Of a DNA stretch of 64,000 bases, positions 10,127 through 18,527 are shown piece by piece. Origin of the DNA: an uncultured Planctomycetota bacterium (lineage in GTDB: Bacteria; Planctomycetota; Phycisphaerae; Tepidisphaerales; Tepidisphaeraceae); the NCBI GenBank assembly GCA_963841915.1, contig CAWJEN010000004.1:86529-150528 (forward strand), in the 5' to 3' direction. Within the stretch, counting starts at the first letter, position 1, and each line of letters opens with the position of its first letter. The notes below the pieces were generated by a model that did not search any database, had not been told where the DNA came from, and saw nothing but the letters and a program-made list of their open reading frames with translations. The position numbers and the translations under genes were made by a program.

Positions 10127-10690
10127 ATGCTGCTTCTGGACCCCCAGCGCGACACGACGCTGGCGACTTGGGCCGACGTCTACGCCATCCGCACGTACAG
10201 AAGCGATGACGCATCAACCGTCCGTCAGCTCTACACCGCCGGCCTGCTAGGCGGACAACTTGCCGCCAACGACAGCGGGCTTGACATCGACGATATCGAG
10301 ACGGCCTATCTCGACGACCCCTTGAACCACTTCTGGGTCGCTGAAGTTGCGCCGGGACGTGGTGGCAGGGCGGGCGAAGCAGACGGCACCGTCGTCGCCA
10401 TGATCGGCGTGCAGCATCACGACGAGGGAGTCGGCGAGATCCGCCGGCTGCGCGTGTCAGAGTCGCACAAACGTCGCAGGCTCGGGAGCCGACTGCTTGA
10501 TACGGCGCTGCGATTTTGCCGTGACAATGGATGCCTTAAAGTCACGCTCGACACCTTCGTCGAGCGATCAGCGGCAGTGAATCTGTTCGAGCGTCATCAG
10601 TTTCGCCACGGCAAAACCCGTCAGCTCTACGGGAAAGACACGCTCTACTTCTACTTTGATCTCTACGCCCAAGGTGAGGACAACGCTTGA
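10127..10690 (+). CDS. GNAT family N-acetyltransferase
   Basis: EIRRLRV..HKRRRLGSRLL acetyl-CoA-binding motif and AVNLFERHQF. Confidence 0.85.
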   Translation: MLLLDPQRDTTLATWADVYAIRTYRSDDASTVRQLYTAGLLGGQLAANDSGLDIDDIETAYLDDPLNHFWVAEVAPGRGGRAGEADGTVVAMIGVQHHDEGVGEIRRLRVSESHKRRRLGSRLLDTALRFCRDNGCLKVTLDTFVERSAAVNLFERHQFRHGKTRQLYGKDTLYFYFDLYAQGEDNA

Positions 10691-11271
10691 ATCAAACTGC
10701 ACCCGACGCTCATCGGCTCCTTGACAACGCCTGCGAGGAATGGCGTGCGATGCTCGAAGGCGTGAGAGCGCTTGGGCCTGACCTGGCGGCGGCGTGTGTC
10801 CTCTGCGGTCAGTGTTGGGACAACGGCGGCAAGCTGCTCGTGTGCGGTAACGGCGGCTCCTGTGCCGACGCGATGCACCTTGCCGAAGAACTTGTCGCTC
10901 GGTTCCAGAAGGACCGCCGAGGCCTGGCTGCCATCGCGTTGACCGATCCGACCGTCATCACGTGCGCAGCCAACGACTTCGGGTTCGACAAGATTTTTTC
11001 ACGCCAAGTCGAGGCACTCGGACGGCCGGGTGATGTGCTCATCGGCCTTACGACGAGCGGCAACAGCCAGAACGTGCTCAACGCCTTCGACACCGCCCGC
11101 ACGATCGGCATGAAAACGATCGCCTTCCTTGGCAAAGGTGGTGGCAAGGCCAAGAGCACATGCGATGTCGAGCTGATCGTCCCGGCTGACACGGCACACC
11201 GCGTGCAAGAAGGGCACAAGGTGTTGTTCCACACGCTCTGCGAGTGGGCCGACGCCTACGCCGAAGCCTGA
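10687..11271 (+). CDS. gmhA: D-sedoheptulose-7-phosphate isomerase (SIS domain)
   Basis: CGNGGSCADAMH, ANDFGF, TTSGNS, RVQEGH motifs. Confidence 0.92.
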   Translation: MNQTAPDAHRLLDNACEEWRAMLEGVRALGPDLAAACVLCGQCWDNGGKLLVCGNGGSCADAMHLAEELVARFQKDRRGLAAIALTDPTVITCAANDFGFDKIFSRQVEALGRPGDVLIGLTTSGNSQNVLNAFDTARTIGMKTIAFLGKGGGKAKSTCDVELIVPADTAHRVQEGHKVLFHTLCEWADAYAEA

Positions 11272-11275
11272 GTGA

Positions 11276-14206
11276 TCAGACGGTCTGCTCTTTGGCCATC
11301 TGCGCGATCGCGTGGCCGTTGCCGTCGATGGTCATGGCCTCCCGCACAAACCGCTTCTCTTCGGCGGCGTGTGCCTTGGCACTGCCGACGGCCGGGCTGG
11401 CACTGGCTTCGCGGCCGACGTAGCCAACGAGTCGGTCGGGGAACATGCCACGCAGCCGCGGCTGGGCAAAGCTCCACGCGCCACGGTTTGCCGGCTCTTC
11501 CTGGCACCAGATCAGCTCACCGGCCTTGGCGTACCGCTTCACAGCCTTGCGGATCTCGTGCTTCGGCCACGGGTAAAGCTGCTCGACACGAACAACCGCC
11601 ACGTCCTCGGCCCCGGCCTCGTCGCGGGCGGCGTCAAGGGTGTAGAACGCCTTGCCGCTGCACAGCAGCACCCGGCGGACGCTCTCGGGCTTCGACACCT
11701 TGACATCATCGATTACAAGACTCAGGCCGCTGTCGGTAAAGTCACCGATCGAGCTGGCAGCCTCGGGCTTCCGCAGCAGGCTCTTGGGCGACATAATGAT
11801 GAGCGGCTTGCGGAACTTCCGCAGAATCTGACGCCGCAGCAAGTGAAAATACTGCGCGGGCGTGGTCGGTACCGCAACCTGCAAGTTGTGCTCGGCAGCG
11901 AGACTCAGGAATCGTTCCAGGTATGCATTGGAGTGCTCAGGACCCATGCCCTCATAGCCGTGCGGCAGGTTCATGACGAGGCCGTTCATGTAGCCCCACT
12001 TGCTTTCGGCTGCGGCAATAATCTGGTCAATGATGTTCTGAGCACCGTTGACAAAGTCGCCGAATTGTGCCTCCCAGATCACCAGATTCCGCGGATCGGC
12101 AGAGGCAAAACCCCACTCGAAGCCAAGTACAGCCTCTTCGCTGAGCATCGTGTTGATGATCTCGAAGCGACCCTGATTCTCGTGCCTCGCACCGCCACCG
12201 ACGTATTGCAGCGGGCGGTACCGCTTGCCGTTCTCGACGTCGTGCAGGACGGCGTGGCGGTGGCTGAACGTGCCGCGTTCGACATCCTGGCCGGTGAGGC
12301 GGACGCTTGCACCGCCTAGCAAAAGACTACCGATGGCGAGCATCTCACCGGTGCCCCAGTCGATGTTCTCGCCGCTTTCGACCGCCTCGACTCTGGCTTC
12401 GAGCAGCTTCGAAAGCTTGGGATGCACGCTGAAGCTGTCGGGAATGCGATTGACGCTGCCGACGACGGTTCGCAGGACTTCGCGATCCACGGTCGTGTCG
12501 ACGCCCCATTGGGTGTAGTCGGTCGGGGCGCGACCCATGCCGCGCCAGACACCGCTGAATGAGGGTGTTTTGCCGCGATATTTCTCGACGCGTGCCGCCT
12601 CGCGTGACTCCTTGAGCGTCGACAGCACATCGTCCTTCATCGCCTCCAGCGCCGCCTTGTCGACGACACCTTCTTTTAGAAGCTGGCTCGCGTAGAGCGT
12701 CCGGACGCCCTTGTGCTTGCGGATTTTGGCGTACATCAGCGGCTGCGTGAACGAAGGCTCGTCGGCCTCGTTGTGGCCGTACTTGCGGTAGCACCACAGA
12801 TCGATCAGCACGTCCTGCTTGAACCGCTGACGGAACGCGACCGCCAGCTTCGTGACGTGATAGACGGCCTCCGGGTCGTCACCGTTGACGTGGAAGACGG
12901 GCGCCTGAATGCTCTTGGCGACGTCGGTCGGGTAGGGCGTGAATCGGCCTTGCTTGGGAGGCGTCGTGAAGCCGATCTGGTTGTTGACGATGACGTGAAT
13001 CGTCCCGCCTGTGCGGTAGCCGAGCAGCTCGCTGAGGTTAAGCGTCTCGAAGACGATACCTTGACCCACAAACGCCGCATCGCCGTGCAGGCAAACGGGC
13101 ACGACCTTTTCCCGGTCGCCGTCGAGGAGCCAGCGTTGCTTGCAGCGGACGATGCCCTGCTGAATCGGATTGATGAGCTCGAGGTGACTCGGGTTAGGCA
13201 GCAGGCTGACCTTAACATCGTGATAGTCGCCACCCGAATCGGGTTTTACGCGTCGCGTGTTGGCAAAGCCGAGGTGGTACTTGACGTCACCGTCGCCATA
13301 ATCGGCAGCTTCATCCTCGCTCTTGGTGATCGTGCCGGCAAACTCGGCCAGCATCGTCTCGTAAGGCTTGCGAAGGACGTGTGCGAGCACGTTGAGGCGT
13401 CCGCGGTGGGCCATCGAGCAGATCACCTGTTCACCACCGAGCGGGCCGCTCTGCTCGACAACGCCGTTGAGTAACGGCACAAGCGACTCGCCGCCTTCGA
13501 GGCTGAACCGTTTGGCACCGACAAAAGCCTTATGCAGAAACTGTTCGAACTCCTCTGCCTGCACAAGCTGGCGGAGCACGTGCTTCTTCTGCTCGGCATC
13601 AAGATTCGGTCGATTCAGCGCCGGCTCCATCTGCTCCTGGAGCCAACGCCGTTGTTCACGGTCGGCGACGCCCGTGAACTCGACACCGATGGTGCCGCAG
13701 TAGGTTTGTCGGAGCTTGGCGATGAGGTCGCCGAGGGTGCCGTCGGTCTCACCACAGAAGCCGCCTTTGCCGACATAGGTTTTCATATCGACGCCATCGA
13801 GCTCGAAGTTCTCGAGTGACAGCATCGGGTGGCCCGGCCGTTCGTCTGGCGATTCGAGCGGGTTGAGGTGTGCCTCGAAGTGCCCGAACTCGCGGTAGGA
13901 GTGAACGAGGTCGTAGATGCCGATCGCTTTGGCGACTTCGGCCTCTTCAGGTTGGCCTGGAAGGTCAACGTCACGAACGTCGGCCGACTGAAGCTCGACG
14001 TCACCACCTTCGCCGCCTCGCATCGAAAAGCCGGCGAAGAACGCCTGCCACGTCTCGTCGAGACTCGCCGGATCGCTGAGATATTGCTGATACCGCTCTG
14101 CCAGGTACTCGGCGTTGTCGCCTGCGGCAAAGTCGACGACTCGGTTTGCGGCAGGGCCGACGGTGGGTTGGAGTGAAGGGGCTTCTTGCTCGTTCTGCGA
14201 CTTCAT
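11276..14206 (-). CDS. sucA: 2-oxoglutarate dehydrogenase E1 component
   Basis: KRFSLEG, MAHRGRLN, GDVKYH, NPSHLE, HGDAAF, GHNEADEP, GQDVERGTFSHRH, WEAQFGDF. Confidence 0.97.
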   Translation of the reverse strand: MKSQNEQEAPSLQPTVGPAANRVVDFAAGDNAEYLAERYQQYLSDPASLDETWQAFFAGFSMRGGEGGDVELQSADVRDVDLPGQPEEAEVAKAIGIYDLVHSYREFGHFEAHLNPLESPDERPGHPMLSLENFELDGVDMKTYVGKGGFCGETDGTLGDLIAKLRQTYCGTIGVEFTGVADREQRRWLQEQMEPALNRPNLDAEQKKHVLRQLVQAEEFEQFLHKAFVGAKRFSLEGGESLVPLLNGVVEQSGPLGGEQVICSMAHRGRLNVLAHVLRKPYETMLAEFAGTITKSEDEAADYGDGDVKYHLGFANTRRVKPDSGGDYHDVKVSLLPNPSHLELINPIQQGIVRCKQRWLLDGDREKVVPVCLHGDAAFVGQGIVFETLNLSELLGYRTGGTIHVIVNNQIGFTTPPKQGRFTPYPTDVAKSIQAPVFHVNGDDPEAVYHVTKLAVAFRQRFKQDVLIDLWCYRKYGHNEADEPSFTQPLMYAKIRKHKGVRTLYASQLLKEGVVDKAALEAMKDDVLSTLKESREAARVEKYRGKTPSFSGVWRGMGRAPTDYTQWGVDTTVDREVLRTVVGSVNRIPDSFSVHPKLSKLLEARVEAVESGENIDWGTGEMLAIGSLLLGGASVRLTGQDVERGTFSHRHAVLHDVENGKRYRPLQYVGGGARHENQGRFEIINTMLSEEAVLGFEWGFASADPRNLVIWEAQFGDFVNGAQNIIDQIIAAAESKWGYMNGLVMNLPHGYEGMGPEHSNAYLERFLSLAAEHNLQVAVPTTPAQYFHLLRRQILRKFRKPLIIMSPKSLLRKPEAASSIGDFTDSGLSLVIDDVKVSKPESVRRVLLCSGKAFYTLDAARDEAGAEDVAVVRVEQLYPWPKHEIRKAVKRYAKAGELIWCQEEPANRGAWSFAQPRLRGMFPDRLVGYVGREASASPAVGSAKAHAAEEKRFVREAMTIDGNGHAIAQMAKEQTV

Positions 14207-14434
14207 GATCGGTGGCGGCTGCGGGCGATGGACGCCCCGGTTGGCGACGACAGCAACGCGTAAGGTCACGTCTCCACAGCCTGCAACGCTGCGGCGTCCG
14301 CGCCGCCTCGGAGGGTCGGCCGACCGCCACGCGTTAGACAACGCTGCAACGTCACCTTCGCGACCCGAACCCTAGCACACCGAAAACGAATCGGCCGTGT
14401 GCGATTCGCAACAAAATCCGCGTCGCTGACCTGC

Positions 14435-14827
14435 TCACCGCCGGGCAATCAGGCCACCGACCACAAGGGCAAGTACGGCTCCCAGACCGGCTGCCGGAAC
14501 CGTCAGCGGTTGCTGTGGCTCGACCTCAAATTCCTGCAAAGCAGTGGGCGCGGCCTCCACCGTCACGACCGCAGGTGACACAACTGCCACTGGCACCTGT
14601 GGAGAAGCCATTGACGCTGAAACTCCCACAGCCGCGACCGGCTCCAACGCGAACAGGCGTCCCGGCAACACGTCACCAGCGTCGGCAAAGACAAGCTTGA
14701 CGTCAGCCCGATCCTGTAGCTGTTGCCAACCGTCAGACCCCGCAGCGGCATGTTGCGATCCTGCCGTTACCAAGCCCGCAAAGGCTGCAGCCAAGAGACA
14801 TCGTGTGCTGAGTTTCGAACGTTGCAT
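14435..14827 (-). CDS. Secreted hypothetical protein with a PEP-CTERM-like C-terminal tail
   Basis: Signal peptide; C-terminus TVPAAGLGAVLALVVGGLIARR; GGAG SD upstream. Confidence 0.55.
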   Translation of the reverse strand: MQRSKLSTRCLLAAAFAGLVTAGSQHAAAGSDGWQQLQDRADVKLVFADAGDVLPGRLFALEPVAAVGVSASMASPQVPVAVVSPAVVTVEAAPTALQEFEVEPQQPLTVPAAGLGAVLALVVGGLIARR

Positions 14828-15062
14828 GCTTCTCCCTGATCAAGCAGCCGGCTGGCTGCAGTGCATTCCCGGCGATGCTCTCGCAAAGCCGGTGCCGCGG
14901 CAGGCGTCGCCGGGGCATATTCAGGAGATCTTCATCCGCCACCGCTTTAGCACGTTCGGCGGGCGATCCGAAGCAGGGACTATAACAGAGGCGGTGCTCG
15001 ATCCGATTGCATCCTGCTTATCGGACTGACATCGCGGCCGTACCTGACGCATTCGGCAGCAG

Positions 15063-16091
15063 TCAAAGTGATCGGAGAAAACGCACATCGTTTTCGACGA
15101 AGTGGCGAATGTTGCCAACGCCGTACTTCCGCATGGCGATCCGTTCGACGCCGAAGCCGAATGCCCAGCCGGTGTACAGATCAGGGTCGATGCCGCACGC
15201 GGTCAGCACGTTTGGGTGCACCATGCCGCAACCGCCCAGCTCGATCCACTGCTCGCGATCGGGGAACCACACGTCGCATTCTGCCGACGGCTCGGTGAAC
15301 GGGAAAAAGCTGGGCCGTAGGCGGACCTGGGTGTCGTGACCGAAGTACGCCCTAACGAACTGCAGAATCGTCGACTTCATGTCAACCATCGTCACGCCTT
15401 CGTCGACGACAAGGGCCTCGAGCTGGTGAAACATCGACAGGTGCGTGTCGTCGTGCGTGTCCGGCCGATAAACGCGGCCGGGAATGACAATGCGGATCGG
15501 CGGCTCCTGCGACTGCATTGTGCGGATCTGCACCGTGCTCGTCTGGGTCCGCAGGAGCGACCGACCACCCGCGCCGGGTCCGCCGTCGGCTGCATCATCG
15601 ACGTAGAAATTGTCGAGCGGATCGCGGGCCGGGTGACTTTCGGGGATGTTGAGGGCGACGAAGTTGTGGAACTCGTCCTCGAGTTCGGGCCCGCTGCCGA
15701 CGTCGAACCCCATGCGGCCGAACAGCTCGCTCAGCTCGTCGACCACCCGCAGGACAGGGTGACGCCGCCCGACGGCAGGGCGGTCACCAGGCTCAGTGAC
15801 GTCGATGACAGGCGCCTCATCGCTCGTCTCCAGCGACGACTTCTTGGCGTCGTAAGACGCCTGCACCTCATTCTGCAGCTTATTGACCTCTTGCCCCAGG
15901 GCAGGTCGATCCTCTTTCGGCACGCGGCCAAGCAGCTTCATCAGGTCGCGGATTTCGCCGTTCTTACTGAGGAACCTAATGCGAAACGCCTCGACATCGT
16001 CAGGCGTTGCGGCGGCACCGATGGCGGCGTCGGCCTGGTCACGCAGGCGCTGAATTGTTTCTCGCGGGTCGTCCGTCGTGGCGGCGGGCAT
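15063..16091 (-). CDS. pheS: Phenylalanine--tRNA ligase alpha subunit
   Basis: HPARD, LLRTQTS, GRVYR, FHQLE, FFPFTEPS, ELGGCG, AFGFGVER. Confidence 0.97.
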   Translation of the reverse strand: MPAATTDDPRETIQRLRDQADAAIGAAATPDDVEAFRIRFLSKNGEIRDLMKLLGRVPKEDRPALGQEVNKLQNEVQASYDAKKSSLETSDEAPVIDVTEPGDRPAVGRRHPVLRVVDELSELFGRMGFDVGSGPELEDEFHNFVALNIPESHPARDPLDNFYVDDAADGGPGAGGRSLLRTQTSTVQIRTMQSQEPPIRIVIPGRVYRPDTHDDTHLSMFHQLEALVVDEGVTMVDMKSTILQFVRAYFGHDTQVRLRPSFFPFTEPSAECDVWFPDREQWIELGGCGMVHPNVLTACGIDPDLYTGWAFGFGVERIAMRKYGVGNIRHFVENDVRFLRSL

Positions 16092-16138
16092 GCCGCAGCG
16101 TATGGCACGCCCACCAGCCCAGCGTGTACGATGTCGTC

Positions 16139-16786
16139 GTGCGTGCGGACAACCTCGGCATCCTCCCGTATCGCGAAGCCTGGCAACGCCAGGAGGCCGC
16201 CCACGCCGAAGTGCTGGCAGGCGGTGAGGAACGGATCTTCTACGTCGAACATCCGCACACGCTGACGGTCGGTCGACGGGCGGAACTCGGCCGCTCGCAC
16301 ATCCTCGCCGACGAAGGGGAGTTGGAGCGGATGCACGTCGAGGTCGTCGACAGCGATCGCGGCGGTGATGTCACCTACCACGGGCCCGGCCAACTCGTCG
16401 CTTACCCGATCATCCGACTTGCCGACCGCCGCATGAGCGTCGGGTCGTACATGTGCGCGTTGCAGAAGGCGGTGATCGACGCCATCGGGGAATTCCACGT
16501 CGTCGGCAACCTGAGCGACGGCTTTCCGGGCGTCTGGTGCCAAGACAGCTCGATCGACGACCTCGCCAAAGTCTGTGCCGTCGGCGTCCGTGTGCGGCGG
16601 GGCGTGACGATGCACGGCCTGGCGCTCAACGTCGAGCCTGACTTGTCGAAGTACCACCTCATCGACGCCTGCGGCCTCGGCAAGGCGGTGACGAGTCTCA
16701 AGCACCTCCGCCACGATGACGCTCCGTCCATGGCGGCCGTGCGGACGGTGCTGCACGTCAAGCTCTGCGGGCGATTGTCGAGCTGA
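16139..16786 (+). CDS. lipB: Lipoyl(octanoyl) transferase LipB
   Basis: EHPHTLTVG, DRGGDVTYHGPGQLVAYPI, HGLALN, ACGL; GTG start 6 nt after TACGAT. Confidence 0.95.
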   Translation: MRADNLGILPYREAWQRQEAAHAEVLAGGEERIFYVEHPHTLTVGRRAELGRSHILADEGELERMHVEVVDSDRGGDVTYHGPGQLVAYPIIRLADRRMSVGSYMCALQKAVIDAIGEFHVVGNLSDGFPGVWCQDSSIDDLAKVCAVGVRVRRGVTMHGLALNVEPDLSKYHLIDACGLGKAVTSLKHLRHDDAPSMAAVRTVLHVKLCGRLSS

Positions 16787-16830
16787 GGCCACGGCGGGAG
16801 TGCTATTTGGCAAATCGGCTCACGTTGACC

Positions 16831-17667
16831 ATGCTGCCTCGCGTGACGGAGCAGATCGAATCGAAGCAGCCCCTTGTCGTACCGCCGCCGCGGGATCCGC
16901 TGACGCGCAAGCTCGACACGGTCTTGCCCGACGGCTGGTGGCTTTGGCTGCCGATGGCGACGTTCCTGATCGTGCTGGCGATCGGGCCGTACACCGAGCC
17001 GTATCTCGGCGAGTTCGGCAGCTACGTCGCCGCCTACACCGCCCGGACATTGCTAGTCGGTGGCATGCTCATCTGGCTCTGGCCGCGGCTGATGAGCGAG
17101 GTCGTCTGGTCACACACGGGCGTGGCAGTCGTCTTTGGCATTGTCGGGGCAATCCAGTGGATCGGCATGGACAAGCTCCTGCTCGCGGCTCAGGACGCTT
17201 TCGCTCCCGAGGAAGACTCTCCTTTCCAGCTTCTATTCTCCATCGTCGGAACGGTCGATCCTGCCGACGGGTACAACCTGTTCGAGCAGATCTCGTCGCC
17301 CGTGTGGCTCGTGTTGTTCATCGCAATCCGCCTGCTCGGCCCGGTGCTGGTGGTGCCGGTGATGGAAGAGCTGTTCTGGCGGGACTGGCTGTGGCGGGGC
17401 TTCATTGCCCCGGCCAACTTTCGCCTGGCCAAGGTGGCCGAGTGGGACGCGGGTGCGTTTATCTTTACGAGCGTCGCCTTCAGCCTCGTTCACCCGCAGC
17501 GACTCCTGGCCGTCGTATGGGGTTTGCTGGTCGCTTGGCTGCTCGTCCGCACGCGAAGCTTGGGGGCGTGCATCATTATGCATGCGGTCACGAACCTGCT
17601 CCTCGGCCTGTGGGTGCTGCTCATCGGCCCGTACTTCGGGTTGAACAACGAGTGGTATTTCTGGTAG
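16831..17667 (+). CDS. CAAX prenyl-protease-related (CPBP) membrane protein of the exosortase-associated type
   Basis: PVMEELFWR, FSLVH, HAVTNLLLG motifs and C-terminal WYFW; resembles the TIGR03008 pepcterm_CAAX family. Confidence 0.85.
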   Translation: MLPRVTEQIESKQPLVVPPPRDPLTRKLDTVLPDGWWLWLPMATFLIVLAIGPYTEPYLGEFGSYVAAYTARTLLVGGMLIWLWPRLMSEVVWSHTGVAVVFGIVGAIQWIGMDKLLLAAQDAFAPEEDSPFQLLFSIVGTVDPADGYNLFEQISSPVWLVLFIAIRLLGPVLVVPVMEELFWRDWLWRGFIAPANFRLAKVAEWDAGAFIFTSVAFSLVHPQRLLAVVWGLLVAWLLVRTRSLGACIIMHAVTNLLLGLWVLLIGPYFGLNNEWYFW

Positions 17668-17690
17668 GCCGCCTGTGTTAGCATACGAGC

Positions 17691-18527
17691 GTGCTTCGGA
17701 TGCTCCCGCTACTGCTGTTGATGTTCGTGACGACCGCTGACGCTGCCGACGAGCCGAACGCAGAGCCGGAAACGCTTGTCTATCGGCAGACGCCGCAGGG
17801 CGAGCTGGAGATGAGCGTGCTGCGTCCAGCCACTGTTGAAGGGCCGCTGCCGGGCGTGGTGCTCTTCTACGGCGGCGGCTGGATCGGCGGCAAGATCGGA
17901 CAGTTCGACGGTCAAGGACAATGGCTCGCCGACCGCGGCATGGTTGTCATTCAACCGGCGTACCGCACGCGGAACGGTCACGGCACCACGCCTTTCGAAG
18001 CCGTCGAGGACGCCTTTGCCGCCTTCCGCTACGTCCGCGAGAACGCTGATAAGTTCGGCATCGACCCCGATCGCCTTGCCGCCGGTGGTGGATCGGCCGG
18101 TGGCCACCTTGCTGCGGCGCTCGCGACGCTCGACGCCAAGACGATGGGAGCCGGCGACGCTGACATTGACCCGATGCCGAACGCGCTGGTTTTGTTCAAC
18201 CCAGTCTACGACAACAGCGAAACCGGTTACGGCTACGAACGTGTCAAGGAACGCTGGCAGTCGTTCTCGCCGACGCACAACCTCAACGACAAGATGCCAC
18301 CGACGCTCGTGATGCTCGGCGACGAGGACCATCTGATCCCCGTCGCCACGGCCGAAGCCTTCCGCGATGCTCAAAAAGCGCTCGGGGTTCGCAGCAAACT
18401 CATTATCTACGAGGGTCAGAAGCACGGCTTCTTCAACTACGCCTCCAGCCCCGAAAGCTTCGTCGCCACTCGACAGGCGATGGGCGAGTTCTTCGCGTCC
18501 CTTGGCTGGATCAAACTTACTGATTGA
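17691..18527 (+). CDS. Secreted alpha/beta hydrolase (esterase, BD-FAE-like)
   Basis: YGGGW, GGSAGGHL nucleophile elbow, D and HGF triad; signal peptide. Confidence 0.9.
   Translation: MLRMLPLLLLMFVTTADAADEPNAEPETLVYRQTPQGELEMSVLRPATVEGPLPGVVLFYGGGWIGGKIGQFDGQGQWLADRGMVVIQPAYRTRNGHGTTPFEAVEDAFAAFRYVRENADKFGIDPDRLAAGGGSAGGHLAAALATLDAKTMGAGDADIDPMPNALVLFNPVYDNSETGYGYERVKERWQSFSPTHNLNDKMPPTLVMLGDEDHLIPVATAEAFRDAQKALGVRSKLIIYEGQKHGFFNYASSPESFVATRQAMGEFFASLGWIKLTD

Noticed and set aside
14844..14914. c-di-GMP riboswitch (GCAAAGCC inside a stem-loop)
   Set aside because: The motif is on the opposite strand to the downstream gene and the GGCAAA/GNRA first stem is absent. Only a generic hairpin is supported.
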